DNA of 45,549 bases from Fibrobacterota bacterium (GTDB lineage Bacteria > Fibrobacterota > Fibrobacteria > UBA11236). Positions 1 through 9,513 of this stretch are shown here, in pieces; the first letter of the stretch is position 1; each line of letters starts with the position of its first letter. Where the stretch lies: positions 1 through 45,549 of the forward strand of contig JAYUVP010000317.1 of the NCBI GenBank assembly GCA_043753995.1, in the 5' to 3' direction. The notes under the pieces were generated by a model. That model saw nothing but the letters and a program-made list of their open reading frames with translations. It did not search any database and was not told the origin of the DNA. A program made the position numbers and the translations under genes.

Positions 1-2860
1 TGCCCGCCTTCGCAGTGGTCTTGTCATTCGCCGTCAGGGTTATGCTGGCCAGGCTATCGCCGAAAGGAATTTGCAGGGGCATGACATAGTCGAGGCGAAA
101 ACGTCCTTGATGATAGTCAACGCCACCCGAAAAAAGCGGACGCCCGGGCAATTCGGCAGTTTCTTGTTTGTCGCCGACAATCCAGGTTTTGATGATAGGG
201 GAACCCGCCACCGTCACTTGCACGTGACCTTCGCCCGAACCACCTTCCACCGTTCCTTCCCAGCTGCCGCATTGCAAGGCGCTCAAAGTGTCGCTTATTC
301 CTAACAGTGAAGGCGAGAGCCCATCCCTGGAGGGCTTAAGCACGGGCTCGCCCATCAGCACATAAGCCATGGAATTCGTCCAACTGAAATTGGCCGTCGC
401 GTGGCCTGGCCGAACCGAATTTTTTGCGGCGCGCGAAGCCTCTCCCAAGGTCATAGCGCCCCCATTTGAATCAGGCCGAAGCAGGCGGGAATAGATGGCG
501 ATGGCCAAGGCTTGGTTTCCGCCTGGATTCGTTTCTCTCGTCGCGGAAATACCGGCTATGGCCCCCGCTTCGCTTTGCCTCACCAAGCGTTCGGTCCAAA
601 CATCGTTGGCGCCATTGTCGAAGCGCCCGACTGTGCAGGAGAAACTGTTCACGATGGAGAGGCGCCCGGCATTGCGCAGACGCGAAATCGTTTCATTGGT
701 ATAAACCAAAACTTCGTCTGCCCATTGATTGAAAGCGCCATGCCCGAAATAGGTGAGCATTAAGGCGCCTTGATTGAGCCTGTCCACCAAGTCTTGAGAA
801 GCCTCGGGCTTCCGAAATGCCGGATTCATGGCATAATTCAGCAGCAGAATTTTGGAATGTTGCCATCCCTTTTGCGTCTCGTTCACGCTTCGATAGACGC
901 CCTCCAAATCATCGGTGTGATGAATGTTGGTTTCGATATCCCCACCGGCATGACCGTGCTGGATTTGATCGTCGGCCGCCCAGAGAAGACGACCACGCCA
1001 AGCCCCGGCATTGGCAGGATTTTCATAATCCCGAATCTTGGCGATATAGGCATCGATTTCCGAGGCGGTGGCGAAAGGAAGGCGACCCAAATTGAAAAGG
1101 AGACTGTCGCCATCGTAGGCATATAAATCGTCACTGGCGAAATTGGGATAGGCCTCGATGAAGGGAGGGATGGGATTACTGCCATCGATGGCCGCCGGCT
1201 TTGACACACCACGAACATCGTAATGACCATCTCCAATGAGAAGCACATTGCGAAGATTTCGGGAAGGGTCACCGAGATGCCATTGATGATGAGCCCATCG
1301 CAAAGCGTCGCGCAAGGCCGCAGGTTCGCGGCGCCCACCCGCAAAAAGATCGAAAGCATCTTCTACGCGCAATAAGGCCACGCGATGCTTTCCACCCGCC
1401 GGGCTGCGACGATAGTCGGCTAGGCGTTTGGCAGACTCCATCATGGCGCCAGGGGCGACAAGGAGATAATCGGGCCGCGAAGTGTCGCCGGAAGCAAAGT
1501 CTCGCATCGCACCCCCAGGTGGTGTTGCCACAGCTTGCAACTGGGTTGCCGACAAAACCCGTGGGCCTGCCACCACGGAAAGCACCGCATCGTCCCCAAG
1601 CATTAAGGTATCGCTCAAGTTACCCTGGGGATCGAGGCGAAGGAGGCGATTGCCTAGCCCCTTAACCACGCGCACGGCATATTTGCCGCCTGCACCGGGC
1701 AAACGCCAACGGAATACGCGAGGCGAAGCCATCGCGATCTCGCTATCCGGAAAGGCAGAAAGGGTATCGCCTGCAAATGGGAATAAAGTCAGGGCGGAGC
1801 CACGCCAAGCATAACTTCGCGAATACCTGACGGTATAGCCAGAAAGCCGCTCGCCACCGCCAGTCCAGCGCAGCGACAAATCCCAAGGGCGCAGCGGCGA
1901 AGGCGCCTGCCCGGCATCTTCCGCTCCCGCTTCTCCGCTTCGCAACTCTCCCGCATAGCCCTGCCAGGATGCACTCGCAAAGGGATCGGAGCTCAAGGCC
2001 GACAGGACGCGACCGAATAAGGTCGGCGACAAATCCTGGCTTGAAGTAGGGCCACCGCCGCTTCGATATGGCAAATCAAAACGCAATGCCAGCAAGCCAG
2101 GCAAAGCACCCGGCAATTGGCGTAAATGGGGACGAGACATTTGCTCGGAAGACAAATCCCTTTTGGCACGATAGGAATCGCAAGGACAACGCCAATACCA
2201 ATGCCAAACGACACCGCCCGCGGAATCGAGACGGCCAGAGAGATCGCAAAAAGCAGAACCTATATCACGTTGCGCTCTTATAAATACAAAGCCAGCTGTG
2301 TCGGCCGGTGCATTCGATGTTGCGACGTCATCCAAATTCAAGCGCAAAGGAGGCTCGTCGCCGCGCGCATCGAAATCGAGCAAATAGCCGCGGCTCAGCG
2401 AAAAGGGATTGGAAACAAATACATAGCCATCCATGAGGCTGGTTGGAAATTTTCCCGCCAAGCCTGGGATGGAAGTCCGATTCGAGCGTTTCCAGCGACT
2501 GCTACCCTGGCCCCAAAAAAGCAAGGTGTCCCCTGCATCGAAAATTTGATTGCCATTATCACGCACCCAGACCGGAACCTCTCGTAAGCGATTCGGAACC
2601 GGAGCGCCTATGGCTAGCTGGTCCAAGGTATCAGCGGGACCGGTGTAAACGCGCAGGTTACGCCACGGCACGGCCACGGCCGCAGGCATTACCGCTCGAA
2701 ACTGCTCAAAGGTCAAGGCATATAAGCCATCCTCTTCGAAAGTATCGAGTTCGGCATCTCCGATGGATATCCGCAATAGTGAGTTCGACAAGGACCAACT
2801 TGGGGTGGCCGTCATGACAAATAAACCGACCCATACCACGGCCCCTAACTTCATTCCCAT
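1..2860 (-). CDS. C25 (gingipain-family) cysteine peptidase, PorU-like T9SS sortase; 3' end lies outside the window
   Basis: Not in the ORF track because there is no stop inside the window. Hand translation from ATG 2860 gives signal peptide MGMKLGAVVWVGLFVMTATPSWS, then EVPVWVRDNGNQIFDAGDTLLFWGQG, DYLLVAP, VLLIGDGHYD, catalytic TYFGHG (His codon 742-740), NSFSCTVGRFD (Cys codon 637-635) and YVLMGEP, all in one frame with no stop in the stretches checked. Confidence 0.88.
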   Translation of the reverse strand, partial: MGMKLGAVVWVGLFVMTATPSWSLSNSLLRISIGDAELDTFEEDGLYALTFEQFRAVMPAAVAVPWRNLRVYTGPADTLDQLAIGAPVPNRLREVPVWVRDNGNQIFDAGDTLLFWGQGSSRWKRSNRTSIPGLAGKFPTSLMDGYVFVSNPFSLSRGYLLDFDARGDEPPLRLNLDDVATSNAPADTAGFVFIRAQRDIGSAFCDLSGRLDSAGGVVWHWYWRCPCDSYRAKRDLSSEQMSRPHLRQLPGALPGLLALRFDLPYRSGGGPTSSQDLSPTLFGRVLSALSSDPFASASWQGYAGELRSGEAGAEDAGQAPSPLRPWDLSLRWTGGGERLSGYTVRYSRSYAWRGSALTLFPFAGDTLSAFPDSEIAMASPRVFRWRLPGAGGKYAVRVVKGLGNRLLRLDPQGNLSDTLMLGDDAVLSVVAGPRVLSATQLQAVATPPGGAMRDFASGDTSRPDYLLVAPGAMMESAKRLADYRRSPAGGKHRVALLRVEDAFDLFAGGRREPAALRDALRWAHHQWHLGDPSRNLRNVLLIGDGHYDVRGVSKPAAIDGSNPIPPFIEAYPNFASDDLYAYDGDSLLFNLGRLPFATASEIDAYIAKIRDYENPANAGAWRGRLLWAADDQIQHGHAGGDIETNIHHTDDLEGVYRSVNETQKGWQHSKILLLNYAMNPAFRKPEASQDLVDRLNQGALMLTYFGHGAFNQWADEVLVYTNETISRLRNAGRLSIVNSFSCTVGRFDNGANDVWTERLVRQSEAGAIAGISATRETNPGGNQALAIAIYSRLLRPDSNGGAMTLGEASRAAKNSVRPGHATANFSWTNSMAYVLMGEPVLKPSRDGLSPSLLGISDTLSALQCGSWEGTVEGGSGEGHVQVTVAGSPIIKTWIVGDKQETAELPGRPLFSGGVDYHQGRFRLDYVMPLQIPFGDSLASITLTANDKTTAKAG

Positions 2861-2987
2861 TTTTTTCCCTACGATTGCGCTGGCCGCCAAATTACGCGGC
2901 GCCTTCAGGGCGGGCCATCTTTCTTCTGAGAATTCAGGAAATGGGGCCAAGTCATGCAAAGGGATGACACGAACATGACATAGTTGA

Positions 2988-3001
2988 ATTACACCAGTAA
3001 T
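2988..3001. promoter_or_regulatory. Candidate TetR operator (inverted repeat ATTAC-acca-GTAAT)
   Basis: Perfect 5-bp inverted repeat 14 nt upstream of the TetR ATG, in the AT-rich divergent intergenic region. Confidence 0.45.
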
Positions 3002-3015
3002 ATTATACTTATACT

Positions 3016-3633
3016 ATGAAAACGAAGTCCACCGCAGCCGCCATGCCCAAGGCGGCCTCGAAGTCCAAGGCCCAACGGCATGCTGATTCGCATGGCCGCA
3101 TTCTTACTTCGGCTGCCGCAGAATTGCGCCGATCGGGCTTACAAGGCGCCAGCGTCGCCCAAGTGATGCATGCGGCTGGCCTTACGGTGGGCGGGTTTTA
3201 TGCTCATTTCGATTCCAAGCAAGGCTTAGTGCAGGCCGCATTCGCCGCCATGGTGAATCAAGCCTCCGGCGCCGTCGATCGCTTTCCCGGAAAAACACGA
3301 TCGGAAAAAGCAGGAGCCTTTCTCGACTTCTATCTCAGCCCGGCACATCGCGACGCCGAAGATCAGGGCTGCCCCATTGCAGCACTGGCAGGGGAAATTG
3401 CACGCTCCAATCCCGATTTGCGCCAGACTTTTGCCGAGGGGCTGAATGCTTTGTCCAAAGCCCGCGCCGAAGCCTTATTAGGCCAGAGCGACAAGGCCGC
3501 GATCGACGAAGCGCTATTCATTATTTCCAGCTATGTAGGCGCCCTGGTACTTGCACGGGCTACCCAAGGAACCCCCATTTCCGATCGCTTGCTCACCACG
3601 GTCAAAAAGCGCTTGCAGGAGAGATTGCCGTGA
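3016..3633 (+). CDS. TetR/AcrR family transcriptional regulator
   Basis: N-terminal HTH SVAQVMHAAGLTVGGFYAHFDSK; C-terminal GCPIAAL motif. Confidence 0.95.
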   Translation: MKTKSTAAAMPKAASKSKAQRHADSHGRILTSAAAELRRSGLQGASVAQVMHAAGLTVGGFYAHFDSKQGLVQAAFAAMVNQASGAVDRFPGKTRSEKAGAFLDFYLSPAHRDAEDQGCPIAALAGEIARSNPDLRQTFAEGLNALSKARAEALLGQSDKAAIDEALFIISSYVGALVLARATQGTPISDRLLTTVKKRLQERLP

Positions 3634-4325
3634 ATGCTACATCCCCCATCCCCGCCTGGATTTTCATTGGCTTTGCAGTTTTAGCACCTGCTGTTTGGGT
3701 AGCCATCGGCTGGCTTTTTCGGCATTCCCCCTTTGGACGCAAGGTGACATATTTCGCCCTGGCCTGGCTGATTTTAACCGGTAGCTTGGCTGCTACGGGT
3801 TTCTTTTCTGATTTCTCGTCTATGCCCCCACGCCTCCCGATTTTCGCCCTATCGCAGTTTCTGTTGATAGCCTTCGCCGTATTCAAGGGCTTGACCTTGG
3901 ACGATATACGCGCCGTTCCGCAAGCAGCCTTGATTGGCTTGCAGGCCTTTCGCATTCCCACCGAATGGCTTATGGTGGGCCTCGCCGATCATCGCCTATT
4001 GCCCATGGAAATGACCTTTCATGGCCGCAACTTCGATGCGGTGACCGGCTTGCTCGGCCTGGCGCTCGGACTTTATTTGTTCGCCAAAAAGGATAAGGTC
4101 CCGCGCGGACTGCTCTTCGCTTTTCATATCCTCGGTTTGCTGCTGGTTACGGCCGTTGTGATTCAAGGCATGCTGTCCGTGCCTTCGCCGATGCAAAGGT
4201 TGCATCTCTCCATCGAAAACATTCATTTGGCGCGCTTTCCAATAGGTTGGCTGCCTTTCGGCTTGGTGCCTGCCGCTTATTTCCTGCATTTCGTCTCTCT
4301 GCGCAAATTGTGGCGACAAAGCTGA
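3630..4325 (+). CDS. Multi-pass membrane protein co-transcribed with TetR
   Basis: About 6-7 hydrophobic segments; motifs LQAFRIP and GRNFD; GTGA start/stop overlap with TetR. Confidence 0.8.
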   Translation: MNATSPIPAWIFIGFAVLAPAVWVAIGWLFRHSPFGRKVTYFALAWLILTGSLAATGFFSDFSSMPPRLPIFALSQFLLIAFAVFKGLTLDDIRAVPQAALIGLQAFRIPTEWLMVGLADHRLLPMEMTFHGRNFDAVTGLLGLALGLYLFAKKDKVPRGLLFAFHILGLLLVTAVVIQGMLSVPSPMQRLHLSIENIHLARFPIGWLPFGLVPAAYFLHFVSLRKLWRQS

Positions 4326-4539
4326 AACCAGATAAGGTTCACCTGTGCGTTACGGGTAGCTCAAGGCGTTGAGCCTAGCACTAGCACCTATTTTCCGTTG
4401 ATATCCTGCTCTGCGCTCCGGAGCGCTCTTTTGCTTGGAGAGGCTTCTCTCCTCCGCTTTGCCTTGATATTGTCTGACCGCGCTTCACCGTCATTTCATT
4501 CAGCACCGGAAATTTTTCCGCTGCCAACCAGGAGTTGAT

Positions 4540-5517
4540 ATGCGTTGTCAAACTGTTTTGGCCACTATGGCCGCCATCACCTTAGGAGCAGCCTTTTTCG
4601 GCTGCATGGAATCCGGCACCGTCGCCCCAGGCCCGGTACCCAACCAGGAAATAACCGGCAGTGCCCGCATTGTTCTGCCGCCTATTGACGTTTCTGCTTT
4701 GCCCAAGGTAGGAGCAACCTCTCAAGCCCCGGCTTGGTTTGTGCTTAGCATTTCCAATACCGGAGAGGACTCCACCTATTCTTTCCCTCTGAGCTCTTCA
4801 GACACCAATATTCTTGTCATCCCCTCCATTCCCATTGGCTGGCATTATTTTCACGGCGAAATTCTGGACAGTGCCAGGAAGCGCACCCATGTGGGTGATG
4901 CTTATGGCGTGATAGCTGGCAATACCGTCAATTCGATCAGCATGAAATTATTCTATGCCTCTGGTTCCGTGAGCATTTGCGTCGCCATTGAAGGGCAGCC
5001 GACGCCGCCTTGCTATATCGACAGCTTACCCGACAGCACCTTTATAGACACCACCCATCCAGATACCATGCCACTCCCACCGGCATCCCGTTTCCCCAAT
5101 CCAATTGTTTTCGATTCCTCCAGGGTCACCACCTGCTGGCAATTTTTCCCCAATGTCATCGACTCGGGAACCAGGAGTCACGACCCCTGTTATCCGGATA
5201 GCGGATATGTACAGATCGTCACCACTCAAGGAAGAATATCCGGTCAAGCTCGGGCCTTTACCGGACAATCTTTTCAAATCACCGGCAGCTATGATACTGC
5301 CTCGATGAGGTTGGATGCCATTCAAAAGGCCAAGGGAAAATTACCCGCGGACACCTTGCGTTTTAATGGCCGTTGGAGCCCAAACAACTTTGAAACTGTT
5401 TTTGGGCAAACCACTCAATACCCTGCCGGTCGTCGAGGGAATGGGTTCCTATATCAAGTCGAATGCACGGACCCTGTGAATTTACCCTCGCCGCCGGCTA
5501 CTTGCCGCGAAAGGTGA
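4540..5517 (+). CDS. Hypothetical lipoprotein
   Basis: AGGAG RBS; lipobox-like FFGC; Pro/Asp/Thr-rich linker between two beta-rich domains. Confidence 0.75.
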   Translation: MRCQTVLATMAAITLGAAFFGCMESGTVAPGPVPNQEITGSARIVLPPIDVSALPKVGATSQAPAWFVLSISNTGEDSTYSFPLSSSDTNILVIPSIPIGWHYFHGEILDSARKRTHVGDAYGVIAGNTVNSISMKLFYASGSVSICVAIEGQPTPPCYIDSLPDSTFIDTTHPDTMPLPPASRFPNPIVFDSSRVTTCWQFFPNVIDSGTRSHDPCYPDSGYVQIVTTQGRISGQARAFTGQSFQITGSYDTASMRLDAIQKAKGKLPADTLRFNGRWSPNNFETVFGQTTQYPAGRRGNGFLYQVECTDPVNLPSPPATCRER

Positions 5518-5575
5518 ACCGAATTCGCTGACATCGAGGCCATGGCAGGACAAGAGCAACTATTAAATTTATGCC

Positions 5576-6067
5576 ATGGCTCTTTTTGGAAATATATCCG
5601 ACCTCGCCCACCAATTGATCGGCGACGCGCGCTTCGGTCCCGCTTTCGAGTATTTGCTTCGCTGCCAAGACCCGCAGTCACCCGATGCCAAGCGCATCGG
5701 CGATTTGATTGCCGGCCCGGCTCATCGACAGGATTTGGGGGAAGGCTCGGTCGCTTTCGAAGAAACGTATCTCACACGAGATCGGGAAAATTGCTTTTAT
5801 GAATCGCATCGTAAATACATCGATGTGCAATGCATTCTTGTCGGTGAAGAAAGGCTGGACGTCCTACCCTTAGCGGATTTATCAGTTAATAAGCCCTATC
5901 GCGAAGAAAAAGATTTAATCAAGTATGCGGATGCGGGTCCGGGTTCGCAAATACTATTACGCCCCGGTCAGGCTGCCATTTTCTTTCCCGAAGATGGGCA
6001 CATGCCAGGCCAGCATGTGCTTTCCACTACCTTAGTGCGAAAAACCGTGGTTAAGGTGCCGGTATAA
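5576..6067 (+). CDS. YhcH/YjgK/YiaL (EbgC/NanQ-like) family protein
   Basis: Motifs YESHRKYIDVQ, FFPEDGHMP and VRKTVVKV. Confidence 0.93.
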   Translation: MALFGNISDLAHQLIGDARFGPAFEYLLRCQDPQSPDAKRIGDLIAGPAHRQDLGEGSVAFEETYLTRDRENCFYESHRKYIDVQCILVGEERLDVLPLADLSVNKPYREEKDLIKYADAGPGSQILLRPGQAAIFFPEDGHMPGQHVLSTTLVRKTVVKVPV

Positions 6068-6110
6068 CCCAGAGGGCATAGCTAAATCCCGGCTCCGGCC
6101 ACGATTGAAT

Positions 6111-6626
6111 TCATTTTGCGGGATGCTTAGCCATTTCCTGTTGAATCAAAACATTGACCTTACGAACGATTTTTCGCCAGTCACGCCCAGATGCCACCGA
6201 GTGATCCGTTTCAAACAAAAGGGCCGTGCCCTCTTTATAGGTGCTATGGGTGTTCAAGGTGGCTGCACCTGCACCAAGGCCGACCAGCATACGCGCCGCA
6301 GCGCTTCCGGGATTGTAATTCGTCACCTTGATATTCAGCAAACGGGCTTTGGATTCCAGCGAATAGGGATGGGCAGAGTCCACCAAGGTGGCCGCATAGC
6401 CAGCTGATTTCAGCAGCTTCACCGTTTCCACATTCATATAGTTGACCAGTTGCTTGCGTTGCGACACCTGGTTGGGATTGGAGGTGTCGATCTGATCCCA
6501 TCCCCCGTCTATTTGTACGGCGACGGCCATTTTACCACCGTCTGCGGATTTCGGCGCAGGAGGCAGCGACGCACATCCAATGAGTAGGCCGACGGAAGCG
6601 CACAATGCGAGTATTTGTTTCTTCAT
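6111..6626 (-). CDS. Lipoprotein, DUF4410-like
   Basis: Lipobox LIGC; motif NPGSAAARMLVGLGAG. Confidence 0.75.
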   Translation of the reverse strand: MKKQILALCASVGLLIGCASLPPAPKSADGGKMAVAVQIDGGWDQIDTSNPNQVSQRKQLVNYMNVETVKLLKSAGYAATLVDSAHPYSLESKARLLNIKVTNYNPGSAAARMLVGLGAGAATLNTHSTYKEGTALLFETDHSVASGRDWRKIVRKVNVLIQQEMAKHPAK

Positions 6627-6652
6627 TTTTTATGTCCTTGAATGGGTGATTG

Positions 6653-7072
6653 TTAAAACTGATATGCCAAACCGATTTGGCGCTTGGCCGGATTCATGAA
6701 TATCGAACAATTCAATCCTGATTTTTCGTCTTCATAAAAGCGGATTTTTTTGGACGCAATGCCGGTGAATACGCCACCTGCTACGGTCATGGGTATGCCG
6801 GCGGCGATGAAAATGGCGCCGAAAGCGCCGCCAATATCTCCAGACTCCTCACCATTGATGTTTTGGTATTGAGTTTCTCCACCAGCACTTGCGACCATGG
6901 CGATTCCGCCAACGATAGCTAAGGCTCCTCCGACAAGGAGAATAATGCCGCCGGTTTTCATTTTTTGAAACTTTTGAATGCGGGCGTCACAATTGTCGCA
7001 CGTCAATTCAACCTCTCGGCCCCATGATTGAACACAAAGCAATAAGCAAAGTGCAATGGCCCATTTTTTCAT
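6653..7072 (-). CDS. Hypothetical exported/membrane protein
   Basis: Likely start MKKWAIAL at 7072; signal peptide, two Gly-rich hydrophobic segments, terminal LAYQF. Confidence 0.7.
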   Translation of the reverse strand: MKKWAIALCLLLCVQSWGREVELTCDNCDARIQKFQKMKTGGIILLVGGALAIVGGIAMVASAGGETQYQNINGEESGDIGGAFGAIFIAAGIPMTVAGGVFTGIASKKIRFYEDEKSGLNCSIFMNPAKRQIGLAYQF

Positions 7073-7287
7073 GGCAAAAAAACTCCAAGCCCAGACGTAT
7101 TTTTTGGGTTCAGGCCTTAAAACGCGGCGCAAAGCTTAGCAAGGGCAAATACAACCGGCAAATTTCCAGCCTTTTTTCCCCCCAGAATTGCCGGTTTGGC
7201 CCATTCTGCGCTCGGATTTTTCGCATCTTCGGACCGGATTGGAGTAGGAAGGTGGTTGAGTCCAGAATTTTTAACTTTGGCCTCCCA

Positions 7288-8562
7288 ATGCCCAAAGAAA
7301 AAGTCGATGTTCTCGTGATTGGCGCCGGTCCCGCGGGCTGCATAGCCGCCGCCACCGTGCATAGGCTAGGCTTCAAGGTGCGTGTCGTCGAAAAGCTGCG
7401 CTTTCCCCGCTTCGTGATCGGCGAAAGCCTTTTGCCCCGGGTCATGGATCATTTGCAGGAAACCGGCTTATTGCCCATCATTGAAGCCGCGGGATTTCAA
7501 AAAAAATTCGGCGCTAAATTCCACTTGGGCGACCGGGTTTGTGATTTCAATTTCGCCGAAAGCTTCACTCCGGGCTGGACTTGGACTTGGCAGGTTCCGC
7601 GCGCGCAATTCGACCATTTGTTGACTCAAGGCCTGCACGAACAAGGCGTGAAAGTCGATTTCGGTATGGCCGTCAGCCATATCGATTTTCGCGAAGACGA
7701 AAGCTCCGTGACCACCCTCACGGATGAAGGTGGCAATACGAGTAAAATCGAAGCCAGATTCATAATAGATGCCAGCGGTTATGGGCGAGTCATTCCTAAT
7801 TTACTCGGCCTCAACAAAGCTTCGGGATTCGATACGCGCAAAACGCATTTCGCCCATTTCGAAGATCCCTTGCGCCCAGAAGGCGTCGAAGGCAATCGCA
7901 TCACCGTGGTAGTGCATGGCGAACGCGTGTGGATTTGGATTATCCCCTTTTCCAATGGATTGACTTCGGTGGGCTATGTCGGCGATCCCGAGTTCTTCCG
8001 GAATTTGCCTGAAGACAATGCCGCACGCATGCAGGCCTTGGTAGCCGCATCGCCCTTTTTATGCGAGCGCTTCAAGCACAGCTCCATGAAACTCGATCCG
8101 CAAACCATTGAAGGTTATGCCATCACCGCCACCCGCTTTTTCGGAAATGGCTACGTGACTGTGGGCAATGCCACCGAATTTCTCGATCCCGTTTTCTCTT
8201 CGGGAGTGACCTTTGCCATGGAGTCAGGCGCTGCCGCAGCCAAGCGCGTCGCTGCCAAATTGCGGGGCGAGGCCGTCGATTTTCAAACCGAATACGTCGA
8301 TTATATGATGCGCGGTATCAATACCTTTCGCTCCTATGTCACCGCTTGGTATAACGGGGACCTGCATCAAATCTTTTTCTCCAGCAATCAGCAAGGCGAT
8401 TTCAAGCGACAGATTTGCTCGGTGCTTGCCGGTTATGTTTGGGACGAAAGCAATCCCTTTGTGCAGCGCCATCAAAAAGCCGTGAGAAACCTGGCGAATG
8501 TGATTCGCCTCGACGAAGACCGCATTTCTTATCAAAAGCCTGAGGAATTCCATTCAACATGA
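7288..8562 (+). CDS. FAD-dependent oxidoreductase of the flavin halogenase family (aryl-polyene/flexirubin-cluster type)
   Basis: Likely start MPKEKVDV at 7288; GAGPAG, FPRFVIGESLLP, FQKKFGA, IDASG, WIWIIP (WxWxIP), FLDPVFSSGV. Confidence 0.88.
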   Translation: MPKEKVDVLVIGAGPAGCIAAATVHRLGFKVRVVEKLRFPRFVIGESLLPRVMDHLQETGLLPIIEAAGFQKKFGAKFHLGDRVCDFNFAESFTPGWTWTWQVPRAQFDHLLTQGLHEQGVKVDFGMAVSHIDFREDESSVTTLTDEGGNTSKIEARFIIDASGYGRVIPNLLGLNKASGFDTRKTHFAHFEDPLRPEGVEGNRITVVVHGERVWIWIIPFSNGLTSVGYVGDPEFFRNLPEDNAARMQALVAASPFLCERFKHSSMKLDPQTIEGYAITATRFFGNGYVTVGNATEFLDPVFSSGVTFAMESGAAAAKRVAAKLRGEAVDFQTEYVDYMMRGINTFRSYVTAWYNGDLHQIFFSSNQQGDFKRQICSVLAGYVWDESNPFVQRHQKAVRNLANVIRLDEDRISYQKPEEFHST

Positions 8563-8816
8563 ATGAACTCATCGAAAAAATCAAACGCGAAATCATCGAA
8601 GAGCTATCCCTGGAGGATATTACTCCCGCCGATATCGACGAGAATCAACCCCTTTTCGTCGAAGGTCTTGGCCTAGACTCCATCGACTCCTTGGAGCTTT
8701 TGGTTTGGCTGCGGAAGAAATACGATTTGAAAGTGCCCTCCGCCGACGAAGGCCGGGTGATTTTCAAATCGGTGCGTTCCATCGCCGAATTCATCACGGC
8801 GAATGGCAAAGGCTGA
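8559..8816 (+). CDS. Acyl carrier protein (aryl-polyene/flexirubin type)
   Basis: GLGLDSIDSLEL phosphopantetheine site; acidic 85 aa; ATGA overlap with the upstream gene. Confidence 0.93.
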   Translation: MNELIEKIKREIIEELSLEDITPADIDENQPLFVEGLGLDSIDSLELLVWLRKKYDLKVPSADEGRVIFKSVRSIAEFITANGKG

Positions 8817-8835
8817 ACTCTTCCGCCGACCCTAA

Positions 8836-9513
8836 TTACTTTGCCAATTCATAGCCTAGGCCCACGAAGCCCATGATGAGGGCGGTGCCAATGGCGAGCG
8901 AAACGACGGGGGCATGGTAACTGGAGTGGAACGGTAACGCAAAGGTTTTCCACGCCGTATCGCTTTGCCCGGATAGGCGATAAGGCATCATCAAAGTATC
9001 CACCTGCCCCCAATGCACGGGATATTCGCGGCAAACCACGGTATAGGCCAAGCCATAACGTGGCTTAGGAGACAGGGCTATCACTTCGGTCGTCGTGTCA
9101 GGACCGAAACGCCAACTTCCATGGTGATAAGTGGGTTGTGCGGTGTCGGCAAAGCAATTCGATTTTGAACCTGCATTTTTGGCTACGGTGTCGGTTTGGG
9201 AGTTACGCCCAACGTATCGCGCAATGATTATACCCTGCTTGCGCAAGGTCACAGCCTCGCCCCGACTGTGATTGGGGCTCAAGTTCAAGGTGAAAAGCAA
9301 ACTGTCGCCGCCGCGATGAGCGATGAATTCCGTTTGTCGCAAGAATACCGGATCATCACCATAGACATAATCGCGATCGATATGCAATCGGTCCCCGCAA
9401 AAGGCCTGGCCGAAAGTGCCTCGGCCACAAGTAGGTGAGGGTCCAGCACAACCGAGCCATGCCAACAGTAGGGCGGTAAGAAAGAAAAACAAAAAGCATT
9501 GCCGTGCCATCAT
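8836..9513 (-). CDS. Hypothetical lipoprotein with C-terminal hydrophobic segment
   Basis: MMARQCFLFFFLTALLLAWLGC lipobox; start overlaps the stop of the upstream gene. Confidence 0.65.
   Translation of the reverse strand: MMARQCFLFFFLTALLLAWLGCAGPSPTCGRGTFGQAFCGDRLHIDRDYVYGDDPVFLRQTEFIAHRGGDSLLFTLNLSPNHSRGEAVTLRKQGIIIARYVGRNSQTDTVAKNAGSKSNCFADTAQPTYHHGSWRFGPDTTTEVIALSPKPRYGLAYTVVCREYPVHWGQVDTLMMPYRLSGQSDTAWKTFALPFHSSYHAPVVSLAIGTALIMGFVGLGYELAK

Noticed and set aside
71..2978. Many short ORFs in the track over the first 3 kb
   Set aside because: They are shadows of the long minus-strand C25 peptidase frame.
7024..7287. Long N-terminal extensions given by the ORF track (also at 18690, 21001, 25273, 28812, 31528)
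   Set aside because: They overlap neighbouring genes or precede better starts that have an RBS, a signal peptide or translational coupling.
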